A program made the translations under genes and the position numbers. A stretch of DNA of 64,000 nucleotides, from NCBI GenBank assembly GCA_024679065.1, contig JAGIQG010000003.1, positions 40,238,001 to 40,302,000 on the forward strand, read 5' to 3'. Shown here piece after piece: positions 22,701 through 33,900 of the stretch; position 1 is the stretch's first letter, and the number at the start of each line of letters is the position of its first letter. Under the pieces are notes generated by a model that worked only from the letters and a program-made list of their open reading frames with translations, was not told the origin of the DNA and ran no database searches. This stretch comes from Sphyrna mokarran (Eukaryota).

Positions 22701-24040
22701 ACACTGAGGGAGAATTTAACACGAGCATTTCATCTAACCTGTACACATTTGGACTCTGGGAAGAAACCGGAGCCCCCAGAGGAAACCCACACAGACATGT
22801 GGAGGATATACAAACTCCACACAGACAGTGACCAAGCCAGAAACCAAACCCAGGTTCCTCGTGCTGAGAGGAACTGTGCCACTATACCACTCAATGTTAA
22901 GGTAGTGTTAACCAGAAATTTTATTGGAATTTTTGGCACAGTGGCAATATGGCAACGTATTGAATGCTAAAAATGACAAGGAGGTTGGGGTCAATGTGTG
23001 TGTATTCCCATTCAGTGGAGTTTATTCAACTTCTGATTCTATGGAGAATGTTTGTCAATTCAGTAATTCCTTTTAAAGGCTGTTGCTAAAATGACGAATA
23101 ATTTTCAAATTATTTGAAATAGTCAAGTGTTTCCTTTTGTTTCACAGAATGTTTTCAGTGTCCTGAAGATTACTGGTCAAATAAAAAGAAGGATAAGTGT
23201 GTACCGAAGGAGGTGGAATTCCTCTCTTTTCATGAACCACTGGGGAGTGTTTTAATATTTTTTTCAATATTAGGGATTACTATTTCTGTAGCTATTATTG
23301 TGATATTTGTAAAGTTCATGCACACACCCATTATACGAGGTAATAACTATGAACTTAGTTTCCTCCTGCTATTTTCTTTAATATTTTGTTTTTTGACTTC
23401 TTTTGTGTTTATTGGTAAGCCTTCGGTTGAAATGTGTGCCCTGCGCCAAATAGGATTTGGCACTAGCTTTTCCTTGTGCCTGTCATGCATCCTTGTTAAA
23501 ACAATTGTGGTAGTACTGGCTTTTACAATGACAACACCGAACCAAAAAGTGTTAAATCGCTTTCGGCTCATGCATCATCGTATGATTATTGCAGCTATAG
23601 TGCTCATTCAAATAAGTATCTGTATTGTGTTTTTGTTATCATCACCGCCTTCTGTGAAGAAAAACACAATGGCTGTAGTTGGAAAAATTATTCTTGAATG
23701 CAACAAAGAGTCTAAACAAGCTCTATTTGGGATTTTGGGATATGTTGGGATCTTAGCACTTCTCTGCTTTGTTTTGGCATTTCTGGCCCGAAAACTGCCG
23801 AACAATTTCAATGAAGCCAAATTCATCACTTTTAGCCTGCTAATCTTTTTTGTGGTATGGATATCCTTCCTTCCAGCTTATTTCAGTAGTGAAGGAAAAT
23901 ACTTGGTAGCAATAGAAGTATTTGCTGTCTTGTCTTCAAGCTTTGGCCTACTTGGTTGTATTTTCTTTCCGAAATGTTATGTTATTTTGTTCAGGCCTGA
24001 GTTGAACACGAAACGTGGTATGATGGGTCGTGCACCTTGA
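7576..24040 (+). CDS. Gene 1: complete V2R/OlfC-family (CaSR-related) class C GPCR; join(7576..7793,10089..10380,12417..13271,16606..16833,20193..20316,23148..24040), 869 aa
   Basis: Six exons with GT donors and AG acceptors; phases 2,0,0,0,1 join into a 2610-nt open frame. Contains signal peptide, Venus-flytrap motifs ([41 protein letters not shown]), nine-cysteine domain (CCFDC) and 7TM ([26 protein letters not shown]). Confidence 0.95.
7930..9470 (-). mobile_element. Highly decayed Harbinger-like (Myb/SANT accessory gene) remnant
   Basis: GC-richer block in intron 1 with decayed KVVHNR-type peptide near 9030; resembles the 36560-38030 block. Weak recognition. Confidence 0.35.
10089..10380 (+). 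CDS. Gene 1 exon 2 (292 nt)
   Basis: Acceptor ctttcaAG; [39 protein letters not shown]...FPQ; donor GTGAGA at 10381; same length as gene 2 exon 2. Confidence 0.95.
11568..11860 (+). mobile_element. V-SINE (HE1-like)
   Basis: gtggcacagtgattagc...cagtgccagggacc...gggtcactgtct core. Confidence 0.85.
12417..13271 (+). CDS. Gene 1 exon 3 (855 nt, VFT core)
   Basis: Acceptor tttcacAG; [26 protein letters not shown]...FEPWQ; donor GTCAGT at 13272. Confidence 0.95.
13690..14220 (-). mobile_element. Old L2-clade LINE fragment
   Basis: Purine-rich decayed RT reverse complement (gcattggaatagtcaaggctg..gtaacaaaggcatgga). Confidence 0.6.
14271..14816. mobile_element. Penelope-type inverted pseudo-LTR palindrome (arms 14308-14542 and 14579-14816)
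   Basis: The arms are reverse complements and are homologous to the tail that follows the Penelope RT at 21930-22180. Confidence 0.85.
14989..15166 (-). mobile_element. V-SINE 3' half
   Basis: tagaatcatagaatccctacagtgcagaagg...catggccaatgcacctaacc. Confidence 0.8.
16152..16450 (-). mobile_element. V-SINE, tail type B; other type-B copies at about 22604-22890, 27141-27450, 35349-35640, 51581-51737 (all -) and 56616-56864 (+)
   Basis: Same head and core as the HE1-like copies, but 3' part is ctccctcagt...ggattttcacagt..cttcattgcagtgttaatgtaagc..gtgac..aataaa. Confidence 0.85.
16606..16833 (+). CDS. Gene 1 exon 4 (228 nt)
   Basis: Acceptor cttatAG; [10 protein letters not shown]...FDENGD...YDIINWQ...IWNAGKLE; donor GTATGT. 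Confidence 0.95.
17195..18460 (-). mobile_element. Decayed CR1/L2-clade LINE 3' portion; same family at about 46745-47640 (-), 47920-48580 (+), 60850-61375 (-), 62140-62320 (-)
   Basis: [32 protein letters not shown]; tail shared with the Deu-domain SINE. Confidence 0.75.
19111..19440 (-). mobile_element. V-SINE (HE1-like)
   Basis: Full-length match to the other copies. Confidence 0.88.
19678..19886. mobile_element. PIF/Harbinger-type MITE
   Basis: Terminal inverted repeats gggtgagattctc / gaagatctcgccc with 3-bp TSD ATT. Confidence 0.7.
20193..20316 (+). CDS. Gene 1 exon 5 (124 nt, cysteine-rich domain); not shown in its true frame in the ORF track
   Basis: Acceptor gctaAG; [41 protein letters not shown]; donor GTAAAC at 20317, phase 1. 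Confidence 0.95.
20508..20818 (+). mobile_element. V-SINE (HE1-like)
   Basis: cacggtggcaccatggtaagcactgctgcctcacagtgccaggg...ggttcta. Confidence 0.88.
21520..22180 (+). mobile_element. Penelope-like retroelement remnant (RT fragment, internal deletion, C-terminus, pLTR)
   Basis: [13 protein letters not shown]...[11 protein letters not shown]...FLD...RKPTD...SFHP, jumping directly to QRLIAKF, then pLTR with a hammerhead-like core. Confidence 0.9.
23148..24040 (+). CDS. Gene 1 exon 6 (end of cysteine-rich domain, 7TM, short C-tail)
   Basis: Acceptor tttcacAG; [28 protein letters not shown], then seven hydrophobic helices; TGA at 24038-24040. Confidence 0.95.
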
Positions 24041-24239
24041 ACCATAGAATCTGCCTTCAAAGTCAAGAGTTCCTTCAAAGCTATCATGTTGAACAGGCTT
24101 TCAATTACCCTCATAATATCTGGCTCTGCTTATGCTTCTATGAAATGCCTTGGACATTTTGTATGAGGTGTTATACAAAAGCTTTAGTTGTTGTTGCTGT
24201 CTAAACTAAACATCAGGTGATCAGAGCAATTGAAAGTGG

Positions 24240-24566
24240 AATCATAGAATCCTATAGTTCTGAAGGAGACCACTCAGCCCATCAAGTCTGCACTGACTAC
24301 AATCCCACCCATGTCCTATCTCCATAACCTCCATGCATTTACCCTAGTTAGTTCCCCTGACACTAAGGGACAATTTAGCACGGCCAATCCAGCTAACCCG
24401 CACATCTTTGGACTGTGGGAGGAAACCAGAGCACCCGGAGGAAACCTGTGCAGATCTGGGGAGAACGTGCAGAATCCATAAAGACAGTGACCCAAGTTGG
24501 GAATCAAACCCAGGTCCCTGATGCTGTGAGGCAGCAGTTCTCATCACATTGCCACTGTGTCGCCCC
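24240..24566 (-). mobile_element. V-SINE (HE1-like) in the probable 3' UTR of gene 1
   Basis: Full-length copy 200 nt after the stop codon. Confidence 0.88.
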
Positions 24567-24741
24567 TATTAGGATGCAAATAACTGTGCTTTATTATTGT
24601 AATGAAATTCTTCAAGAAGAAAATATGTATAAATTAAACAATGGGACATGTTAAATTTAACAACTCTGTAGAGGTGTGATTCTTGGACCACAATGATTCT
24701 TTACCATAATGTTTCTCATTTGCTCATTTGAGACTTTTGAA

Positions 24742-24747
24742 AATAAA
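24742..24747 (+). terminator. Candidate polyadenylation signal of gene 1
   Basis: First AATAAA I noted after the stop, about 700 nt downstream; an ATTAAA variant lies near 24633. Confidence 0.3.
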
Positions 24748-26281
24748 TGGGTAACTTGAATTGGAAATTGCTTCACTTCATAACTCTACTGCTAATTTTA
24801 ATTTGCCCCATATTATTGCACATAGGAACAGATTGTAATTTTGTGCAATGATTGAAAGTGGCAGACAGCCTGTTGGCAGTTATTTTATTCTCATGATTTT
24901 TATTTCCATTGACTTTAAAAAATAGCTCAGTAGCTTTGTTAGCATGGCAGTTGGGTTCTTGAGACGTTCATAGTCAGCAATCTCTGGGGCCCGAGACTCA
25001 GGGCCTTGCTGTAGACTGCGGCAATTGGTTGGGCCTGGGTAAGATGCTCTTTCAGAGAGTCAGTGCAGACACAATGGGCAGAATAGCCTCCTTCTGCACT
25101 GATTGATGGCAACATACTTTCTGCAATCAAACTGAAACTCAGTAATCCAACTGACCTGTAGGAAAGAAGACTATTAGAGGTCCGATTGAAAACCTATCTT
25201 AGCCAGTTCAAGCACTCAAAAGCCTGTCTACCCAAGTATGAGTATCCCTCATGCTCTCTATTATTAGCATGAATTCCCTCCAAGGAGGACACAGCTGCAG
25301 TAACTACTCAGAATGACCTGTGGTTGATTGCAGAATATCATTGCCATGCATTAGCCTCCCTCTCAAGTTTGTATTGTACAGAATATCTGACATGTTTTGG
25401 AAGCCTCTTGAAAAGGAGTTAACAACACTGAGCAATTGATTGTACAGAGAATGTATATTTTTCTGAAGACCAGTCCTGTAAAGTCTGCACCATTGTCATC
25501 TCCAGCAGAACAATAACACCTCAGATTTCAGGAGCTGGCATCCTTTCTTATCGGTTTCCAATAAACTTACACATTAATTTCCCAATAAATAGTGGTAGTC
25601 CTAGCTGGACAGTAGGAAAACTTCTGTGCTTTTTGCTGACCTCCTGCACAGTTTTAGATAGTGAAACTCAACAATAATGGGAAACACACGGGCAATTTGG
25701 CATGGCTAAGGCTGATCACAGATTTCAGTAGGGGAAATATCACTCCTGACCACTGTTTAACCCTCAAACATGGCAGAAAATTTATTTTTGTTGTTTTTCA
25801 CACTGGATTAAAGTTTCCTTCTGCCAGTCCTGAATTTAAATGTGGCAATTTTGTTCTTAGTGGAGTTGTTTCTCTGTGCTTGCCTTTCTCCATTTATGCC
25901 AACTGAAAAAAGAAACTAAAGATCTTGCTTGCCTCAAGTATATTTGTATCTTAATGTAACTGCACGCATGTGATTCACAATTTAAAAATTGTCTGCTTTA
26001 TGTCACAAGAGTTTATTAAAAGTCACAGGATCTATCCAAACTAATGAAATAACTGATGAACACTGTTGGCTATGTTTGATAATCCAGTCCACTGTAGGAT
26101 GTATTTTGGAATTATCTTACAAATAAATCAAGAAGATTGTGGAGAGATTATCATGATTCAGAAACACACTAAATGTTTTACTCTTACATACAGAAGAACA
26201 ATTTTCTCCAATTATTCGCATTCCTGATTATTCAGCAGAATAACTACTTCACTTCAGGAACTTCAATTCCTTTTGCCTGAC

Positions 26282-26986
26282 ATGGGGGTGATTTTATCAT
26301 TTTTTTCTAAGTGCTGGGCAGACTTGAAACTGGGAGAATTTCAGATCTGTTCTCTAGACATATTTAAGGCCTCCCACCCACCATACGCGCTCTGCCTGCA
26401 AATTTTTGTGCAAGTCTGTTGCTCACTACGGAAGCTGAAGGCTTATCTAGGCCAAACCTTTGCACAGGGAGGTAATGCACATTTGCAGGCCTCTGATGTT
26501 GCACATGTGCATTGCAGTAGCAGGGCTCTGACAGAAAATCACCCCCAGCCCAATGGGGGTTGCCCAGATGCCAGAGTGGCATTGCCCAAATGCCAGGGTG
26601 GCACTGCCAGTCTGTCACTGCTCAAGGGGTACCCATTCCATGAATCCAGTTCCACCGGCGATGCGAAGTCGACTGCTCCCCATTCATGGGGAGCATGTCT
26701 ATTTCTCGCTGGCAAAAACCTCTCCTGGTGAGGTCATAAAGGGAGCTGAACCCAGACGATTGACCATTGGGCTTGCTAAGCAGATATAAAACAACATTAT
26801 AACAAACGTACATGCATTAATGGTCATTCACTCATTTCTGGCAAGAGGCTGACCACGCTGAAAATCCAGCTTAAAAATGGCTCCGGTCACAAAAACCGGT
26901 GTCAATCACACTAAGCACTTACGCCAAACTTTACCACCGTGTCTCACATGAAAATGGACGCAATGCAATGATAAAATCATCACCAT
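26282..26986. mobile_element. Non-autonomous DNA transposon (Harbinger-like) with 20-bp TIRs
   Basis: atgggggtgattttatcatt versus reverse complement atggtgatgattttatcatt (18/20); GC-richer interior. Confidence 0.7.
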
Positions 26987-28752
26987 AGTCTCGCACCCAA
27001 AGAAAAACTAAAATCTGAAATTGTTAAAATCTGAAGAATAGGTATTTCTTTGGAATTTTCTCCACTTCAGGAATCGTGGTCACGCCCCTAAATGGTTTGA
27101 GCATCTTAGATTGGATGTATCTTCTCTACCCAATAACTTTTAAGTTTGTATATTAGTGTCACAAGTTGTCTTACATTAACACCGCAATCTGAAAATCCCC
27201 AAGGTGCCCCACTCCTGTGCCTGTTTGGGTACACTAAGGGAGAATTCAGCATGGCCAATGAATCTAACCAGCACATCTTTCAGACTGTGGGAGGAAACCA
27301 GACCACCTGGAGGAAATGTGTTTGTATATTCTTGTGCAGACATGGGGAAAACATGCAAACTCCAGTCAGACAGCGACTCAAGCTGGGAAACGAACTCAGG
27401 TTCTTGGCACTGTGGAGCAGCAGTGCTAACCATGTGCCACCATGCCTGCCCTATCTACCTTTCTGTTAGGGTGATGTGGGGTATCATAATAGGGAATTTT
27501 GTGGCTTGATATGGATACTGTGTCTCACTTCCATCTACATGTGTATTTCTCTGGGTTTTCCAAAGATTGATTACTGAGGCCAGATTTAAATTGCAAATAA
27601 ATTATAAAGCAGCTTTGTTTATAGACAATAGCCGGAATTCTACTGCCCCATCCATCACAGGAATCAGAATGTGTGAAAGGCGGACAATAGGAAGGTTCAT
27701 TGATCTTGGGTGGGACTGAGTGAGGCCAGACTTGAAATGAACATATAGAGAAACAATATAAACCATGTCTTGGCCCATTATTATTGCTGGTGGACATATA
27801 TCTGTGGAATACCACATTCAGTCAGCAGCCCTGTGTAACTTCAAATTGACTTCACATGGAAGCCAGTCACGATGTACCTTGTATGTTGTACTTGGACACT
27901 CTGTTCTAATTGATACATCCTTAAATGTGAAGACACTTAGCGGAAAGTAAGATTACAAATGTACAAATTGTGAAACACAATTGTTAATTATACCGCACCC
28001 ACCAAGCTTATGCACTTGGCTTTAGTGTATTCATCTTTCCTAAAAACATGAGGAAAATAATAAAATCCTCACTCTCTCCCTTTTATTATGGACTGTTTTT
28101 GACATTACATTTTACACATCTTCCAGTTACAAAAACTGACCTGCATTTTCAGTTCTCAAATTTGCTGCCTGCAAATACTGTTCACCTATCCTGTTGCCAC
28201 TTTGTACATAGTGGTTTTAAAATTATGTGTGAAGCCTTTAGAGGTTCAAATAAATGAAGAGCTTTAGTTAGAAGATGTTAACACCACAGGCTGTGATGTT
28301 ACACTGCCCATTTGCAATGTGGAGGTGGGAATAATGTGGGAAGGGCTCAGTAGGGGTGGGACCAGTGGGAGCAGGGTAAGTGGGGATGGGGTCATTGGGG
28401 GAAGGATTCACAGAGAGAAGGGTAATGGGTGGTGTCATCCCTGAGGATGTCATGTGATGTCTCCAAAAGAGCCCCTCTTTCGCAGCTAGGGTTCTATTGA
28501 GGAATCACTACTAGTACCATGAATACACAAGATTTCCCTCCTTTTATAAATCAAGAGTCCTTAACACAAGTAACAGTATAACATTAACAATCAATGAACA
28601 TAACAGTCAGTAGCTCAGATGTTTCGTTGATAGTCATCATTCTCTTTGTGGTTGTCCAGTGAACCTCAGGCATCTGCTCTTTAGTGCTTGTGGGAATTTC
28701 TGATGTCTCTAGCTTGGTTGGCTTAGCCGGAGCTGATGTAGTGTTCTGAGGT

Positions 28753-29068
28753 TCATAAAATCCTACAGTGCCCATCAAGTCTGCACTGAAACAAACCCAC
28801 CCAGGCCCTACCCCCATATCCCTACATATTTTACCCGCTAATCCCTCTAACCTACGCATCTCAGGACACCAAAGGGCAATTTTTAGCATGGCCAAATAAC
28901 CTAACCTGCACATCTTTGGACTGTGGGAGGAAACCGGAGCACCCAGAGGAAACCCATGCAGACACAAGGAGAATGTGCAGAGTCTACCCAGACAGTGATC
29001 TGAGCCAGGAATAGAACAGAGGTCCCTGGAGCTGTGAAACAGCAGTGCTAACCACTGTGCTATCGTGC
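28753..29068 (-). mobile_element. V-SINE inserted in the Gypsy element; another at about 33415-33707 (+)
   Basis: Full-length match to the other copies. Confidence 0.88.
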
Positions 29069-30239
29069 CGGTTGATTCAGTGCCGGTTGATTCAGTGTTG
29101 GGTTATCAACTGAGGTACTGCTTTCACCAATTGCTTCAGTCAGTGTCAGACTCTTGGGAAGGTTCAGGTTGTCTCTTGGCATAACTTGACTTGGACTTTA
29201 TCGATTCTGTCTCTAGCAGATTGGTTCTTGTTGACAAAAGTTGATCTGCATGCCTCCTCCAGTTTACATGATCTCGGATTTGTGCATTGTAGGAGATCAG
29301 TTTGACCTGTGCTAAGATGGTAGCCGATATCCGCTTTTCATTGCTTAGTACATTGCTAGAAATTCTCGATCGTGGCAAAAACATATTTTGCCTTGTTTTC
29401 CCAACATAGGACCTGATCCTGCTGCATTTTGTAGACAGCTTCTCTTGTCTTGGGCAACTTAATCAAATTAAGTGTGAATCTAACTATTAGCAATGCTAGA
29501 GAAACTTGGGTTGTTGAGTGCTCAGTATTCCTTTATGCGAGCAGGAATTGGCTCAAGCATTTAGAACATACAAGTTGTTCTCTAGTTACTTTCAACAGAT
29601 GTTTCACCATCTGTGCAAAGCGTTCTGCCAACCCATTTGTGGTAGGATGATAAGGAACGAATCAGATGTGTTGAATTCCATTCTCTTTCAAGTAGTGTAA
29701 AAGTCCTTGTGAAATTAACTACTCTCCATTATTGCTGACAAGTTGTTCAGGATAAACAAATCTGCTGAAGACTTTATTCAATCCCTCAGTTATTTTCTCC
29801 GCTGATATTGACTTTGTGATGGCAAATTCAGGCCATTTCAAACATTGATTAGAATGACAATCATACATCCTTCAAGTGGTCTGACATAATCAACATGTAC
29901 ACGTCACCAAATGGGTACCCATTCCCACAGGTACAATGGGGCTAATGGCAGTACTTTTGTCCAAGTCGAACACATTCCCGCCTTCTTTTTAATTTTGGAA
30001 TCTAGTGCCGGTCACCAAAAATAGTTTCTGGCTATCTCCTTCATCCTTACAATACCACAGTGGCCTTCATGTAATTGGTTTAACATGTGTTTTCTTAGTA
30101 GTGGAGGAATGATGACTCTCATTTCCCAGAGAAGAAAACTTGCCGATACGGATAATTCAAGACTTTGAGTGGAATATGGCTTTAACACAGGGGTTTGCTC
30201 CTAAGACCTTGCCTCAAAGCACCATGTCCATAACCTCTG

Positions 30240-30983
30240 TCAATTCAGATGGGAGTTATAAAATAAATGGCAGAACCATCAGGAGCTTAGACACACAGAG
30301 TGACCTGGGTACGCAAGTCCATAGATCCTTAAAAGTGGCAGCACAGATGGAAAGGCGGTGAAGAAAGCATATGGCATACTTACCTTAATTGGACAGGGCA
30401 TCAAATAAAAAATTTGGCAAATTATGTTATAGTTATACAAAACGTTGGTTAGGTCACATTTGGAGTACTGTGTCCAATTTTGATCATTACTGAAACAGTA
30501 GGACATGGAGGCTTTGGAGAAAGTTGGCAAAAGATTTACCAGGGTGTTGCCTGGTACCGAGGATATTAACTATGAGGAGAAATTGAATAAACCGGGATTG
30601 TTCTCCCTGTAAAGACAGAGGCTGAGGGGTGATCTGATAGATGTTTATGAATTATGAGGGATATAAATAGAGTGAACAGTTGGAAGCTTTTTCCCAGGGC
30701 AGAAATGACAATTACAAGAGGGCATGATTTCAAGGTAAGAGGGAAAAAGTTCAGTAGAGATGTACGGGGGGAAGTATTTTACACAGATGGTGGTGGTAGC
30801 CTGGAATGCACTGCCAAGTTAAGTGATTGAGGCAGATACATTAGCAATATTTAAAACTTATCTGTATAGACACATGAACACAAGGGGAATAGAAAGATAC
30901 AAGTGGTTGGTCTAGCTAGGACAATGTGATCGGTGTAGGCTTGGAGGGCTGAAGGGTCTGTTCCTGTGCTGTACTTTTCTTTG
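30240..30983 (+). mobile_element. CR1 3' fragment inserted in Gypsy pol
   Basis: YKINGR..DLG.QVHRSLK, cacatttggagtactgtgtcca, 3' UTR; splits the Gypsy peptide NYPLLS/EVMDMV. Confidence 0.88.
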
Positions 30984-33900
30984 ACAGTAATGGATAATTT
31001 CTGATATACTTCTTAACTTTATATACTGGAGTGGTATCCACTTGCTCAAAGTAGAAAATGTTTCCATACAAACTCCTTATTGATGAATTATTGGGTAAGG
31101 GTAGTCGGGAAAATTCACCTGCATTTTCCATGAAGACTTGACTGAAGATATTTGATTGTGTATGTGTGTTCTGACAAAAGCAATGCCCACTTCTGCATTC
31201 TGCTCACTGCCAGTGATGGAATCCCAGTAAGAAGTCCAAAATTCATTGTCAGTGACGACAGTCCATTAATAAAATGAATTTCCTCCCCTACAAGAATTAT
31301 TATAACCTTTTCTTCCAAAAACGATTCTTATCATGCACTATATCTATCTGCATTTCTCTATCTGCACACAGTTGCTTTTGGCTTTATTCAAGGTCCTCAC
31401 TGCAAAATCCGTAATCTTCTAATCTCTTGAATGTGACACCTAAGTTGCAGAGATATTCTTCATTCTTTCCAGTAACCAAAATCTAAGTAACACTGGACTC
31501 CATCTGATTGCTTAAAATTTGGTCCATTGCTCTTTGGAAGAACACTGGTATTCAAGTGACGCCAAATGGTAGTCTTTTATGTTGAAATATTGTGTATCAT
31601 GTTGTAAAATCAGTGTGTTTTAACCCTTATACGGTGGACAAATAACTTGAGTAGATGTCTTATTAGTACTGCCAATACTTATTTAAACTCTCACAATCAA
31701 TAATCACCCAACCAACAATAAGTTATCTTACAGAAAATACTAGAATTCAAGTACAATACCAGATCTTAACTTTGCTGACGAGTACCCAAACAGATATTGG
31801 CTTTTATCTGTGTGCTGGTCTTAGTTGTTGTCTGTGTAGGCTGGTCCTTTGGTCTGGTCCGGCATTCTGGCTATGGTCTTTCTTCCTTCCTTCTCGGGTG
31901 TGGTGGCTTTCTTCTTGCTGGTGATGTTCACCATTCTTGTAGCTTGTTTGTGGGGTCAGAGAGAGAGAGAGAGAGAGATTTCTGGTTGTGCAGCACCCCT
32001 TATACCCATTTGGTTTCACACCCCTTTTTGGCCATTGCCAATCAATCGGTCAGACCTTGATCACCTTGATCAATAAGAGTCCAGTCAGGTGTTACCACAC
32101 CGATCTCTGGGTGTGTCCCCAGTGCCATGTCTGTAGGTGTTGGAGGCACATAGGTCACATACCTTCCTCCTAAATAAGGATTCATGGTGCCCTTATGTCT
32201 GGCACACCCAGAAAGTCTCTTTCATCCTGGAGATGGCTCATTCCTGTGTTTTCACTCAGGGTTGCAGTCTGTTTGTCTCTGTCTTTAAACTGCAGCCTGT
32301 CGGATTAGTTTCTTGCCCAATTGTCCCAGAATGCTTTACGAAACACCATTTTAGATGGCCTGTTTGGCTACAGTCACAATCATCAAAAACTGTTGTGAAT
32401 CTGGATCCACACTCAGTTAAAGGTATGCTTAACTGAGGTCCAACTCAATGAATAAATCATCAGTCAGAGCAGAGGGTACTTTTCTATACACAGCACAGGA
32501 TTAATAGTAACTTTAAAAGTTCCAGAAATGCATTCAGATCCATCTCTTTTCATCATGGGTACAATTAGTATGGTCCAACCACTCATGTTAACAGATTCAC
32601 GGATTTCTGTTCTGATCAGTTGTTGTAATTCTGCCTCTACCTTAGGATTAATTGCATATGGCATTGATCTAGCCTTTAAGCATCTTGCCTGATTTTCTTC
32701 TTTGATTTTCAGCTTTACTAAGAGATCCTTTATTCTTCCTGGCATCTTTCTTCAAGATTTTGTGTCAGCCTAATTCAGATTCTGTCATGAGAATTATCTT
32801 GGCCCAGTTTAGTCTGATCTTTTCCAACCAAATTCTTCCCATTTGTGCCAAACAATTTCTGTTGATTCTGTGGAAAACAAATCTGCAGTCTGTCCATTCA
32901 ATTGCATTGTTGTATCAATATGGTCTTTCAATGGAATCACTTCTCTTGTCTAGGTTTTTAACACTATTTTCAGAGGAATAGATTAGATTTTTTCTTGATT
33001 AAGCGAGATGGTTGCTCCACTGTCCACTTCCATCTTCACCAGTCATACCTCGAGTAATGGAATGACCCAATATCGGTTTGTTAAATCAGCAATAGGTAGT
33101 ATATTTAATGACAGCTCACATTTGAACTATATTTTGAGTTCCTTCTCGTGCCCTTTTGTACCATGTGGATGCTTTTTCCTTTATTCAGCTTTCCATTTGT
33201 TTTATTTGGCTCTTGCTTTCTGCAACTTTTGCCTGGATCTTATTTCTTTTTCAAACAATTCCTGCATGTGATATCGTTGCATCAACAATCTGCTGCTGAG
33301 TGCCCAGTTTTTGATTATCTAATGCAAATGTGAGCCAGTGCCCGTGTTCAGATTTCATCCAAATTCTTGAGAATTCTTATGCTCAAACCCAATTGTTGAA
33401 CTTCTTTGATGACACTATGGTGCAATTATTAACCTCTCACTGCCAATGTCCCATGACACAGGCTTGATTCCAGCCTTAAGTGACTGTGTAGAGTTTGCAC
33501 TTTCGTCCTCCTGTGTCTCAGTGAGTTTTCTCCAGATACTCTCTTTCCTCCCACAATCCAGAGATGTGTATTTTAGGTGGATTAGCCATGGTAAATGCAT
33601 GGGACTATGGGTATAGGAACTTCAGTCTGGGTAACGTACTAAGTCAGAATGTTAGTTCTGATTTGATAGGCCAAATGGCCTCAATCTGCACAGTAGGGAT
33701 TCTATGGTTTGGTGCTTTTTAAAATTGTTCCTGGAATGTGGGCTTTGCTGACTGGGCCAGCATTTATTGCCCATCCATGAGGGAATTGAAGAGTCAACCA
33801 CATTCTGCTATGGAACTGGAGTTAGCTGCAGGCCAGGCCAGGTAAGGATGACAAATCTTTTTCTCTGAAGGACTTTAATGAACCTGATGGGTGCTTATAA

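Noticed and set aside
7576-24040. Calling gene 1 CASR, GPRC6A or a T1R
   Set aside because: It has a very short C-tail and V2R-like motifs, and sits in tandem with a family-C V2R; CaSR has a long cytoplasmic tail.
29064-29097. 15-bp tandem gtgccggttgattca x2 next to a SINE
   Set aside because: It occurs on one side only, so it is not a TSD; it looks like simple slippage in dead retroelement DNA.
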